Source: Octopus vulgaris | Taxonomy: Eukaryota | Assembly (NCBI GenBank): GCA_951406725.2 | Contig: OX597816.1 | Span: forward strand, 136,276,001-136,340,000 | DNA length: 64,000 nucleotides | Direction of reading: 5' to 3' | Shown here: in pieces, positions 13,554-26,130 of the stretch | Layout of the letters: each line of letters opens with the position of its first letter | How positions within the stretch are numbered: the stretch's first letter is position 1 | Translations under genes and position numbers: made by a program | The notes under the pieces: generated by a model | Told to the model about the DNA's origin: nothing | Seen by the model: only the letters and a program-made list of their open reading frames with translations | The model's database searches: none

Positions 13554-13765
13554 ATATTTCGGAATGGTCATTTTGCCAGTTTAGCCAATAAAAACACACG
13601 CACTATATATTTGGTGTTATTTTGCTTCAGTGTTATTTATTTTTTACATTAATCTTAATCTTATTTCGGCCAAAGTTCTTTCGTCACACTCCTGTGACCG
13701 CATCAGTGGTCCTTTGTTTTCTTCTTTCTTATTTGTGTCTCTCCTTACTAACCGTCAGCCATTTT
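13549..13765 (-). mobile_element. Short (TA)n-flanked element carrying a minimal hammerhead motif (13668-13712)
   Basis: Minus strand GGACCA CTGATG CG GTCACA ggag TGTGAC GAAA gaac TT TGGCC; its terminal ~40 bp recur inverted at about 55685-55723, also beside (TA)n. Confidence 0.6.
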
Positions 13766-13943
13766 GTATATATATATAGGCGCAAGAGTGGCTGTGTGGT
13801 AAGTAGCTTGCTAACCAACCACATGGTTCCAGGTTCAGTCCCACTGCGTGGCATCTTGGGCAAGTGTCTTCTGCTATAGCCCTGGACCGACCAATGCCTT
13901 GTGAGTGGATTTGGTAGACGGAAACTGAAAGAAGCCTGTCGTA

Positions 13944-13994
<51 letters not shown>

Positions 13995-14356
13995 GAGATA
14001 GGGGTTGAAAATTCAACCCACCATGGGATAATATATATCCAATATACTGCTAGATAGGTACCCAACAAAATTAATACATAGATGTTAAAAATTGTCAAGC
14101 AATCAGTTCATCTATTGTATTAAATGGGTAAAGGTAATAATATTACCGTAAATTAATACTACAAAATTAGAGAATGGAGAAACATACTTAAATCAGTAAA
14201 ACATCAACTATCCGATGATACTCAATCCATACTTTAATACACCATTACATATGAGTAAAGGCAATATATAAAATGAAATGAGATATACAGTAATAGTAAA
14301 AGTAAAAAGATAAAGAGATATAAGTAAAAAAATTTCAAATATAATATGCAAATAAA

Positions 14357-14476
14357 TCAAAACTGACAGCTGTTTCGGCAGTGAGGACAGTCATACCTCA
14401 TTTAACCTATAAGCCATAAAGGCAGGTATAAATGAGGCATTAACAAGGATGCCCCACGGCCTCTTCAGAGAATTAA
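14357..14476 (-). ncRNA. Type-I hammerhead ribozyme (left-arm copy)
   Basis: Reverse complement of the motif at 15426-15545. Confidence 0.7.
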
Positions 14477-14818
14477 ATTAAATTTGTTATAATAGTGAAA
14501 AATATTATATAATCATATACATATAAATATAAAAATATAAAAATGTAAAATATAAAAACTTATACATCATAATGCTACACTTATATAATATAATACACAT
14601 TTGTACAAAAAGGAAGGTAAACAGAACAAAATAAAACAAAATATATAACAGTGTATATATTAATATTAATAAGTACCGATATTATACATATTTGGCTAAT
14701 AGTTTTTTTTTATAAAAAAAAAAAAAAAGGGCTAACACATATGGAGATGAAAAATAATAATTAAATCCGTGGTACAGTTCATAAAATTCTAAAGCTATAA
14801 AAGTTAATAAAAATTACT

Positions 14819-14868
<50 letters not shown>

Positions 14869-15023
14869 TAATAATAATAAAAAAATACTAAAAATAGATA
14901 CAGTTAAGTAAGCACCAAGTCTATCCTTTCAAGATCGAAATAACATAGTTATTTCGATCTTGAAAGGATGGACTTGGTGCTTACTTAACTGTATCTATTT
15001 TTAGTATTTTTTTATTATTATTA

Positions 15024-15088
<65 letters not shown>

Positions 15089-15425
15089 AGTAATTTTTAT
15101 TAACTTTTATAGCTTTAGAATTTTATGAACTGTACCACGGATTTAATTATTATTTTTCATCTCCATATGTGTTAGCCCTTTTTTTTTTTATAAAAAAAAC
15201 TATTAGCCAAATATGTATAATATCGGTACTTATTAATATTAATATATACACTGTTATATATTTTGTTTTATTTTGTTCTGTTTACCTTCCTTTTTGTACA
15301 AATGTGTATTATATTATATAAGTGTAGCATTATGATGTATAAGTTTTTATATTTTACATTTTTATATTTTTATATTTATATGTATATGATTATATAATAT
15401 TTTTCACTATTATAACAAATTTAAT

Positions 15426-15545
15426 TTAATTCTCTGAAGAGGCCGTGGGGCATCCTTGTTAATGCCTCATTTATACCTGCCTTTATGGCTTATAGGTTAA
15501 ATGAGGTATGACTGTCCTCACTGCCGAAACAGCTGTCAGTTTTGA
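15426..15545 (+). ncRNA. Type-I hammerhead ribozyme with extended stem II and palindromic stem III
   Basis: CTGAAGA (15434-15440), GGCCGTGGGGCA...TGTCCTCACTGCC, GAAA (15526-15529), CAGCTG TC; GUC cleavage triplet ends at 15537; ACAGCTGT is self-complementary; stem I is imperfect. Confidence 0.7.
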
Positions 15546-15745
15546 TTTATTTGCATATTATATTTGAAATTTTTTTACTTATATCTCTTTATCTTTTTAC
15601 TTTTACTATTACTGTATATCTCATTTCATTTTATATATTGCCTTTACTCATATGTAATGGTGTATTAAAGTATGGATTGAGTATCACCGGATAGTTGATG
15701 TTTTACTGATTTAAGTATGTTTCTCCATTCTCTAATTTTGTAGTG

Positions 15746-15795
<50 letters not shown>

Positions 15796-16509
15796 TTGTG
15801 TGTGTGTGTTTGTGTGTGTGTGTGTTTGTCCCCCTAGCTGGTGTGTTTACGTCCCCGTCACTTAGCGGTTCGGCAAAAAGAGACCGATAGAATAAGTACT
15901 GGGCTTACAAAGAATAAGTCCCAGCGGTCGAGTTGCTCGACTAAAGGCGGTGCTCCAGCATGGCCGCAGTCAACTGACTGAAACAAGTAAAAGAGTAAAG
16001 AGTATATAAATTTCAGAAGAATGTTTGATAAATCAGATATTTGATATGATGACAGGATATCACAGAAGCTTAAGATATCTTGTCATTGCCATAACACTTT
16101 GTCAATGGGAATAGGTTTATTATGGAGATGTGTGATATCATTTTCCATCAATGACAACATAAGTATTTAAGTTATTTTACAGCAAATGTTACCGCCTTTA
16201 TTTGTCTGCACGTCCGAATGTGAATGACTATAACATTTTAATTTATTACTTTGAAAGATAAGTAAAAATAAAAACAAAAAGTTTACATAAGACAGGCGTA
16301 CAAACCATTACAAACATACTGATTTATTTAGATATGCTTCAGGTCACACCCCGTAAATTATAACTCTGAACTACCTATTGTTTGTCAGCATAAAATTAAT
16401 ATTAACCGGAAAATAATATACAACCATATACACATGAACTGGCATTAAATTATTATTTTTTTTATCTCCCTCCCGCATTCCTTTTTAACCTTCTTACAGA
16501 AAATTTATA

Positions 16510-16733
16510 TTCCTTTCTACTAAAGGCACAAAGCCTGAAATTTTGAGGAAGTGGGTAGGTCGATTACATCGCCTCCAGTATAGAACTGGTACTTACTTTA
16601 TCGACCCCCTAATGGAAGAAAGGCAAAGTCGATCTCGGCGGAATTTAAACACACACACAAAAAAAATAAAGACGGATGAAATGCCGCTAAGCAATTTGTC
16701 CGGCGCGCTAACGATTCTACCAGCTCGCCGCCT
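16510..16733 (-). mobile_element. SINE-A (tail A)
   Basis: Full head to tail, similar to the other copies. Confidence 0.75.
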
Positions 16734-17131
16734 AACTTTTAGATTGAAAAAGATAGAGAAAAATATTAACAGTGTACAGCCGAACTTTTCTTTATTTTAT
16801 GTCCCTCTTAATGACGTCCGTTTTTAGCGGGAGTGTGTGACAGTGTATTCGTGAGTAACCGAGACGGTTTGTGCATACGTCTGTGTGTTGCGTTGGTAAT
16901 GCTACTGGGTATTAGAGGTATATAATATTGTTATGAGAGAAGTATAATCTCATTCCTGCGTGACACTTCAACTGTTGACAAGCGTCACGGTTGGTTGGCG
17001 ATTTTGCTCTCTGCTGTATCATGTCAACTCACTCACTGCATGTTGGCACAGATCGTCGACAGTCGATTACAATTGACGTCAGTTACTGGGCTGGTACTAA
17101 ATTTTTAATCATCCTCAGAAAGATGAATGCC

Positions 17132-17172
<41 letters not shown>

Positions 17173-17632
17173 TTCTACGGGATTTGAACTCACCAGAACA
17201 AATGCAGTAAAGCAGTAAATTTTTGTACGAAACCTAATGATTTTGTAAATCTGTCACCATTGTATATTCCTAAGCTAGTCACAAGTTATTGTCTGCCCGT
17301 CTTTCTCTCTCTCCCTTCATACACACACACACACACACACAAATAAATATAGGTAATCAATAAAAAGGAGGAAAGATGACCTATGAATGATGCTGCATTG
17401 AGAGGACTGATGATTGAAGTGAGTAACAACGGTCGGCGGTGTAGGTGAGCTGTCCAGAGATGACTAATAATGGTGCGGCAAGGGTGACTCATGACAATAA
17501 TCTCGACTGTCGACATTTGTGACAAACCCAGTTTTCCGTATGAAACTTTTCCAAAGAGACGCATCTAACATTTTTAAAACTACAGTTGATTATTTAGCAT
17601 GCTAGAAGGAAGTCATATATATGTATGTGTGC

Positions 17633-17685
<53 letters not shown>

Positions 17686-17709
17686 TACATACATACATAC
17701 ATACATACA

Positions 17710-17742
<33 letters not shown>

Positions 17743-17807
17743 GTGTCTGCGTTTATTTTGTTGCCACGTGGTGTATACTGATTCTACAGCATTTTTGCTC
17801 CTTTTTA

Positions 17808-17857
<50 letters not shown>

Positions 17858-18444
17858 ACTTATACATACATACAAATACACACGTTTGTGTATGATTGCA
17901 TATATATTCAATGATATTTATTAGACGTGTGTTAAAAATTCGTCTCTGTTGGTATTGCTAGTAACACTTTCGAATAAGGAGAAATAATCTCGAATCATGT
18001 CTTTTTCATTCGCAAAATGAGCCCCCTTTAATTTTGCTCAGATTGCTTTCAATTTTGGTGTATCGAATCAACTCTGAATTTTGATTGCGACCAACCAATC
18101 ACTTTATCTCGTAAATTAAAGAATCTGATGTTATTTGGAATTAAAGTTGGGAAATTTGGGTAATTTTAGCCAATCAACAGATAGCAAGGCATTAACAGTT
18201 TGTAACCATCACAACCGCACATTGTGTTGTGTTCCACCCGCGTGTTGTATTGATTCTTCACACCATGAGATTTACTTTATCCGCGTATTTTGTTTTAATA
18301 AAAATTTATATTTATCAATTAGAATTTTATTATAGATATTTTTCGTCAGTTGTCTTAATATTTTACATATTTTTCATATATAGCGATGTTTATATAATTT
18401 CTTGGAATTATGAAGGTGAATGGAATATGTGAACTTAGTACAGA

Positions 18445-18935
18445 TTTAAAAAATAATTTTTTGTAACTAAACACTTTCAAACTCCGAACACTGGTAGAAT
18501 GTGTCATATAAAACATCTTTTACTCTTAGCGTTTTTGAGAAAAGCTTATATTAGGAAGTTATTTCACGTCAAAGTTGTCGTATTTCGGTAATTTCAACCA
18601 ATCAATGACGTGTATTGAGCTGAATGAAATTACTGCCGTTGTTTCTCAACAACAACTATCGGCGGTGTATTTTTCGTTTGTCATTGTTATTTATGACATC
18701 GTTCGTGCGTTTGTACAGTTTTTAGCTTTAAGGTTTTAGGGTTAGGGTTAGGGTTTTAGCGTTAGGGTGTTAGGGTTAGGATTTTAGGGTTAAGGTTTTA
18801 GGGTTAGGGTTAGGGCTGTCATAAATAACAGTGACAAATGAGATATACACTGCCGGGAGTTCTTGTTGACAAGCAACAGCAGTAACTTTATTCAGCTTAA
18901 TACACGTCATTGATTGGTTGAAATTACCGAAATAC
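18445..18935. mobile_element. Truncated member of the GGGATC-MITE family with internal inverted arms around (TTAGGG)n
   Basis: Matches the 5' parts of the elements at 5057 and 51571; inverted repeat about 18580-18698 / 18817-18935; telomere-like repeats at 18720-18815. Confidence 0.7.
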
Positions 18936-19029
18936 CTTCACGAGGTTTCGTGGCGTATATATTCCCCACCTGGACAGGACGCTGGTCCATTGAAGGATTA
19001 CTCATTTTTGCCTGCTAAGTGGACTGGAG

Positions 19030-19145
19030 TAACATGAAATGGAGTGTTTTGCTCAAGAACACAACGCGTCGCTCAATCCAGGAATCGAAATCACAATCTT
19101 ACGATCATGAGTTCAAACCCTAACCACTAAGTCACCCACCTCCAC
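19030..19145 (-). mobile_element. tRNA-derived SINE-C (third family)
   Basis: Minus strand TAGTGGTTAGGG...GATTTCGATTCC...TTGTGTTCTTGAGCAAAACAC; related copies at about 39170-39275 (-), 40870-41100 (+), 52740-52910 (-) and 54540-54630 (+). Confidence 0.65.
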
Positions 19146-19204
19146 TTAGCGACGCATTTGTGCCATTACTGAATCCAATTCTTGAATCCTCTTTGAAAAA
19201 GTTC

Positions 19205-21032
19205 AATGCCTCCCAACCACATGGTTCCGGGGTTCACTCCTACTGTGTCGCACCTTGGGTAAGTGTCTTCTATTATAGCCTTGTGAGTGGATTTGGTAGA
19301 CGGAAACTGAAAGAAGACCGTTGTATACATATGTGTGTGTGTGTTTGTGTGAGAGAGAAAGAGGGAGAGAGATAATGTGTGTGTATGTGTGTGCGCGCGC
19401 GCCTTTGTGTCCCTGTTTTGCCCCTCCTCCACCGCTGGACAACCGGTGTTGGCGTGTTTACGTCCCCGTAAGTTAGCGATTCGGCAACAGAGACCAATAG
19501 AATAAGTACCAGGTTAAAAAAAAATGAGTACTAAGGATCGATTCATTCAACTGAGAAAAAGCGGTGCCCCAGCATGGCCGCAGTCTAATTACTGAAGCAA
19601 GTAAAAGGTCTGTACTGTCATGCCCAACTCTTTCACAGCTACTTCTATCTTGTCTGTATCAGCAATCAAATCGTTGACCCTGAAGAATGTCATACATTAA
19701 ACCAAACACACGAAAGCGGCCATACTGGTCCAAGTTAAAATTTTCATTGAAAAACATATGCGTAGCAGGTGCTAAAACAAGAAAAAGAAAAAAAAAACGA
19801 AAAATTTACACAGTTCAAGAACAAAACTATTTCATCTCTGTAGCTTTCAAGTGCAAAAGTCTAACATCTTGACAGCTAAATCTACTCTTTTTCTTCTTTA
19901 CCGAAGAATTTTTAGAAATTCGTGTCTAGATTGGAGTCAGTTCTTCTATTTGAACTGCGGGTGCTTTTCAATATATAGCAAAAAAACATTGAAAAACATT
20001 GCCATGGGCCATCTTCATGTGGTTCGTTTCACCGAATAGTACCTAATCAGCTGGTCACGTGTACCAACTCTTCTTTTTGTAGAATTGTAGTGCATAATTA
20101 TTTCATCCCCGGTAGTTTGGATCATGTTCAATGCTTCAAGAGAATTCATATTTGTTTTTGCAATTCCAGAATCACAAAAAATTTCAATTTTTTTCAAAAA
20201 AAAAAAAATCTGTATATATGGGCGCAGTTATGGCTGTGTAGTAAGACGCTTGCTTTCCAACATGGTTCCAGGTTCAGTCCCAGTGCGTGGAACCTTGGCC
20301 AATTGTCTTCTATTATAGCCTCGGGCCGACCAAAGCCTTGTAAGTGGATTTGGCAGACGAAAACTGAAAAAAGCCTGTCGTATATATATATGCATGTATG
20401 TGTGTGTGTGCGTGTCACGTCCGCTTGATAACCGGTGTTGGTCTGTTTACCTCCCCCGTAACTTAGCGGTTCGGCAATAGATATCAACAGAATAAGTACC
20501 AGGCTTTAAAGAAAATAAGTACTGGCGCCGATTCATTCAACTGAGAATTCTTTAAGGTGGTGGCCCAGCATAACTGCAGTCCAATGATTGAAACAAGTAA
20601 AAGATAAAAGATATATAGGGGAAAAGAAAATTCTAGAAGACTCGAGAAGTTCCCGCACACTAATGAAAACTCGAAAATATGTTTCTTGATTCGAATTTAT
20701 TATTTTTATCTTCTAAATAAGACACACTATCGACAGGGCCACAGTGGTCCACTCTTTGTTTTCATGAAACTTTTTTAAAATTCAAAGCCCAAACTGAAAA
20801 GGAAAAGATTTTTTTTCCTCCAAAAGATTTTGAACGAGAATTTCAAGATATAGTGTTAATGTACAACATCATTGGTTTAAATTAAGTAATGTTTTATATA
20901 GGCACAGGTATGGTGGTGTGGTAAGAAGCTTGCTTCCCAACTAGATGGTTCCAGGTGCAGTCCCACTATAGCCTCGGGCCGACCAAAGCCTTGTGAATGG
21001 ATTTGGTATACGGAAACTGGAAAAAGCCCGAC

Positions 21033-21111
<79 letters not shown>

Positions 21112-21310
21112 CATGAGTGTGTTTGTGCCTAAGTTTGTCCAAACCACCGCTTGACAACCGGTGTTGTGTTTACGTCTCCGTAACTTAGCGGTCCGGCAAA
21201 AGTGATTGAATAAGTATAATGCTTTAAAAAATAACTTCTGAGGTCGATTCGTTCGACTAAAATTCTTCAAGCCTGTGTCCCAGCATGGCTGCAGTCTGAT
21301 GACTGAAAGA
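19205..21310 (+). mobile_element. Cluster of three SINE-B copies (about 19205-19607, 20221-20612, 20900-21310)
   Basis: Head, central (TG)n/(TA)n and tail blocks are recognisable in each copy. Confidence 0.75.
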
Positions 21311-21329
21311 AAACACACACACACACACA

Positions 21330-21391
<62 letters not shown>

Positions 21392-21972
21392 GTACACAAA
21401 GTACCTTTACAATCTGAAAAATACAAGAGAAAAAAAAAAGGAGTAACTCAGCAGGTTGCATGCTACCAATGGCGCCCACGTGGAAGTGTTTTGATGTTGC
21501 TTGTGAAAGTTTATTTGTTTGCCTATGTTTTCCATCACTATTTTTTCCCTGAATTTTTCAAATTGTAAAGGTAATTGATGTATATATATATATATATATG
21601 TATATGTAATAAGTAGTTGGGGGTAAATCCCAGCTGTTTCTTCTTGAAGCACATCAACTTATTCCATTATTACAATCCAGGATGTAATCTGAGTTGCTTC
21701 TGTAAATTACTTTGTTTATATATATATTTGTTCGACGGGTTTCTTTCAGTTTCCGTCTATCACATTCACCCAGAAGGCCTAGGGCTATAGTAAAAAGCAC
21801 TTGCCCAAACTACCACGCAGTGGGACTGAACCCGAAATCACGTGATTGCAGAGCGAGTTTCTTAACCACACAGTCATACGTGCGACTATGAACCATGCCT
21901 AATTTGAATATTAAAAAAAGAGAGAATTTTTTGTAACTAATTAAAAAAATTTTTTTTTGATACGCATATACC

Positions 21973-22130
21973 TATTTCTATTTCTTTATTACCCACAAGG
22001 GGCTAAACACAGAGGGGATAAACAAGGACAGACATAGGTATTAAGTCGATTACATCGACCCCAGTGCGTAACTGGTACTTAATTTATCGACCCCGAAAGG
22101 ATGAAAAGCAAAGTCGACCTCGGCGGAATT
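21973..22130 (-). mobile_element. 5'-truncated SINE-A tail-B copy with a 17-bp TSD
   Basis: TTTGATACGCATATACC at 21956-21972 and 22131-22147. Confidence 0.85.
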
Positions 22131-22598
22131 TTTGATACGCATATACCGGTTACAGTTGATATATGATCTGTTTGTAGCTCTATTAATGACCAACTGCTCA
22201 TTTGCTACTATGGAAACTTACTCCATCTACTCTGTTTACCTGAGAATTCGTGCATGAAAGAATGACTTAGTGATGTTGTTATTGATTAGTTTTTAATTAG
22301 ATTTATCTAGTGATATTATCAAATATTCCACACTTCGTAATGTGTTATGTGCCAGTTTGTTCTAGTGTTCTGCTCTGATTGTTTTTTGACTCACTGAAAT
22401 AAAGAAAAACAGTCACGTTCGTTGCCTCGATTACTATTTGAATACTTTACCAGCAAAGTATGAATATTACAGGTGCAACATATAATTAGTAACAAATCCT
22501 TTAGTTTTAGCCTTCGTTATAATAAGATCACTTGTGTTTTTTGTGCTTTTTTTTTTTTCTAAACAGACCGGACCACTGTAAGATAATTTTAGTTTATA

Positions 22599-23111
22599 TA
22601 GTACCGGACCTTTTATCCGTCTACCATAAATCCGTAATTTCCAGAAATCCGGGAATGCTGTTCAACACCTGCCAATATATTGTATCCTATACTGAGTAAA
22701 CATGTTTTAAAAGTTTGTTACTTTGTATACGATGTGTGAAAAATATTTGAGTTCTTTACTTTTATTGCGTTGATTAATAGGAATTAGACCTACTCTGCTT
22801 CAGAATTGTATTAATTTGTACCTATCTGTTAAATAAAATCATGTTCTTTACTTTTCTTCTTTTAATTTTCATCCTATAAACATTATATCTTGATATATTT
22901 CAAGAATTTTAAGCAGATTAATACATATCAAACAGATTCTGCTTTAGAAATGTATTAATTTGAATCTTTTTCACACAATTTAGTTCTTTACTTTTCATAA
23001 TTTATTTTATATTTTAAGTATATTTTTTTAGACCGTCTCTAGAAAACCGGAAAATCCATAAATCTTGAGCGTTTCCAGTCACAAGCTTGTCGGATCATTG
23101 GTCCAGTACTG
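22599..23111. mobile_element. Tc1/mariner-superfamily (pogo/Tigger-like) MITE
   Basis: TA|TAGTACCGGACC ... GGTCCAGTACTG|TA termini; subterminal AAATCC motifs. Confidence 0.6.
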
Positions 23112-23534
23112 TATTCCCCTCTGTCTAATAAGCCCCGTCTGAATTGCCCTCCCGAGATAAAGAACGTTTACAGAGTCGTTCATAAGTCACACATGATGTA
23201 TGTGTTTGTCCCCTCATCACCGCTTGACAACCGGTGTTGGTGTGTTTACGACCCCGTAACTTAGCGGTCCAGTTAAAGAAACCGATAGAATAAGTACTAA
23301 GCTTACAAGGAATAAGTCCTGGGATCGATTTGTTCGACTAAAATCCTTCAAGGTGGTACTCCAGCATGGCCGCAGTCAAATGATTTTCCAGTTTAGTTTC
23401 GGATTTATAAGTTTTATAATTTTTTTTATATAGTATTCCTCCTCTTTTATATTTAATCAATTACATCTTATATTTTTAGAAATATTGCATTTCTAAATCT
23501 CTCAGTTGTTGCCAACGTAATATGGTAGTCCCAG

Positions 23535-23833
23535 GAAAGGGAAGAATGCTACTGCTATTTAGCCTCAGGAAACGCCATTTCCAGTTGGTTATGTAACACA
23601 AGCGTACTATGTCCTTATGTTATCAAACAGGGATAAGCACCTCAATCCAGCAAAGCCAGCATCCCGAGACTAGTTTCAGAGTCATTGCTCTTCATCAGTG
23701 TGGAGTAGCTTGGCTTGCTAGCTGTCGATGCTTATTCACCTTTGAAAACATATAGAATTTCAAGTGATAACTGGAAATTTCAACGGGAAACGATGTTTCC
23801 TGGGGCTAAATATCAGTAACATTCTTCCCTTTC
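23535..23833. repeat. About 300-bp imperfect fold-back element with a hammerhead at its apex
   Basis: GAAAGGGAAGAATGCTACTGCTATTTAGCCTCAGGAAAC pairs with GTTTCCTGGGGCTAAATATCAGTAACATTCTTCCCTTTC, and pairing continues inward. Confidence 0.75.
23661..23705 (-). ncRNA. Minimal hammerhead ribozyme
   Basis: Minus strand ccaca CTGATGA AGAG caatga CTCT GAAA CTAG TC tcggg: perfect core, palindromic stem III ACTAGT and GUC site; stem I mismatched next to the core. Confidence 0.65.
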
Positions 23834-23879
23834 GTTTTTAATAGTTAATGACTTTTAAAAATCCTATAACTATATACAT

Positions 23880-24350
23880 CCAAAGTAGCCATCCTCAATT
23901 TCCAGCCCGGCCTCAAGACTGCTCCGAAACCTGGTGTATGCATTCCTCACTGTGTCCCTGGGAAAATATGCGATCACCTTGATATTGGCCACCAGCTTTG
24001 CCGTGGTGTTGTTGACTGGGCGGTTGGTGCCTTTTTCAACGGAGCCTCACAATAGCAATCCTTGGAATTACAATCGGGGGATTAGGAGGCCAGATATTGG
24101 GGCTGGTGAAGTCGTAGAAATTCTCCGACAACTACTTCTGGCTCTTTCCTGAGGTATGGCAATGAACCGAATCCTGTTGGAATACATATGTCCTTCAAGC
24201 AGTAACCTTCTTTGACCAGGGATTGACCACAGTCTCCAGCAGCTTCACATAGCCGTCTAAATTGCGCCTAAAGCCCTGTTCAAAGATGTGGGGCGGCATG
24301 ACTTCACTGGAGACGCACCCAAACACCATCACAGTTTGGGGGAACTTTCA
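23880..24350 (-). pseudogene. DD37D/maT-like transposase fragment
   Basis: Manual translation across frameshifts: KFPQTVMVFGCVSSE, MPPHIFEQG, YVFQQDSVHCHTS, NIWPPN. Confidence 0.65.
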
Positions 24351-25229
24351 TGATGTCGTCCATGTTACATTTTACAGCCTTTACATTGTTCTCAGAGCAT
24401 TGATTACTAGTCGGCATTTTGATACCCGGCATGAATTGTCATGATACAGGTAATTCTTTTCCAAAATATGGGTGGCTTCTAATCCTCCATGTCTGCTAAC
24501 TTTTTCTCAACTAAAATTTTAATCTTTATGCTCTCCAACGCCGTCGACTGTTCACCAATACATCAAGTTGTTCTTGAAATAAGGAGACATTAAAAAAATC
24601 GTCAAATTTAGCCCAAACACCTTATTTATACACGACGGTTTTTTTTTCAGTTTCCGTCTACCAAATCCACTCACGAGGCTTTGGTCGACCGGGGGTGAAA
24701 GTAGAAGATACTTGCTCAAGGTGCCATGCAGTAGAACTGAAACCGTAACCATGTGGATGGGAAGCAAACTTCTCGCCACATAACCATAACTGTGCGTAAT
24801 CGTATTAGAATCAATTCATGCAAACATTAAAATTATTTAATTATGAAAAAAAAAAGCGTTCGGGGTTGCGGACATGGTAGTGCCAGACTAAACGGCAAGT
24901 CGTATTTACTTGCCTCTCTTTATATGCATAGCTCAAATCTTACCGAGCTTGACTCTGCCTTTCATCTCAGAGATCAATAAAATAGATAGCATTAATGTAC
25001 TGTGGATCAAATCAATCAATTATATTTCTTCTCTTTAAATTTTTGGTCGTGTGCTGAAGTTAGAAATCAATAAATGTTTATGTGACTTTCATCCTATTAT
25101 AAATTATGTTTATTATAGTCAGTATCAGGCAATCTCATTAGTCATATCTTAATTTCTAATGAGAGACAGCTATTCTTTGTTAAACTGGACATTTTTCTTG
25201 TTGGCGTTTATGGTGTACCTAATTAATCC

Positions 25230-25866
25230 CTTCTACTATAGTTACAAAATCTGAGATTTTGGAGAAGGTAGGTAGTAGATTGCATCGACTCCAGTGCTCA
25301 ATTGGATAAAAGGATGAAAGATAAAGTTGACCTCAGTGGAATTTGAACTGAGAACGTAAAGCCGGAAAAAATGTCGCTAAGCATTTGGTTCGTCATGCTA
25401 AAGATTCTGCTAGCTTGCCGTCTTAACAACAACAACAACAACGATAATCATTTCTGTTATAGGCACAAGGCCTGAAATTTTGGGGGAAAGGGCTATCCGA
25501 TTACTTCGATTCTAGTGTTGTATTGATATCTATTTTGTTGATCCTGAAAGGATGAAAGACAAAGTCGACCTCAGCGGAATTGGAACTCATAACGTATAGA
25601 CGAATGAAATGCTGCTAAGCATTTTGCCCGGCGTGCTAACCATTCTGGTAGCTCACCGCTTTTAATAGTAATCTTTTCTATTATAGGCACAAGGCCTGAA
25701 ATTTACATCGACCCCCAATGTTCCACTTGTAATTATCTCACCGCCCCTGAAAGGATGAAAGACAAAGTCGACCTCGGCGGAATTCGAAGTGAGAACGTAA
25801 AGCCAAGAGAAATGCCATTAAGCATTTTGTCCGACGCACTAACCATTCTGCTAGCTCGCCGTCCTT
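25230..25866 (-). mobile_element. Three head-to-tail SINE-A (tail A) copies
   Basis: Units at about 25230-25425, 25450-25660 and 25672-25866, separated by (AAC)n/(AAT)n remnants. Confidence 0.8.
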
Positions 25867-26130
25867 AAGGTGCATTTAATGGTGGGAGAGAGTAGCAGAT
25901 TAGTAGAATGGCTAGAAAGTCGAATAAATACCCTACAGTGTTGCAGACTTTTATGTACGGAGTTCAAATCTTGCCAAGGTCGATTTTCTCTTTCATCCTT
26001 CCGTAACATATAAGATAAGTATCAATTGAATATTTGGATCGATACCGTCACTGTTTCCTTCCCCAATCAATATAATTGATCATCAGTTAATGGGGACGCA
26101 TGATCATAGAAAGATCTAATCAACAATTGG

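Larger units (their letters stand above)
14158..15744. repeat. Long palindrome (about 790-bp arms, 3-nt spacer ATA at 14945-14947); probable inverted PLE pLTR pair
   Basis: ...CAAGATCGAAATAAC ata GTTATTTCGATCTTG...; arms differ only by about 2 substitutions and by homopolymer and (TAA)n length. Confidence 0.95.
13779..16003 (+). mobile_element. SINE-B split by a palindromic insert in its central microsatellite
   Basis: SINE head 13779-13941, (TA)n, insert about 13992-15747, (TA)n(TG)n, SINE tail about 15820-16003. Confidence 0.85.

Noticed and set aside
18720-18815. TTAGGG runs as a telomere or chromosome fusion scar
   Set aside because: They are short, degenerate and internal to a MITE family
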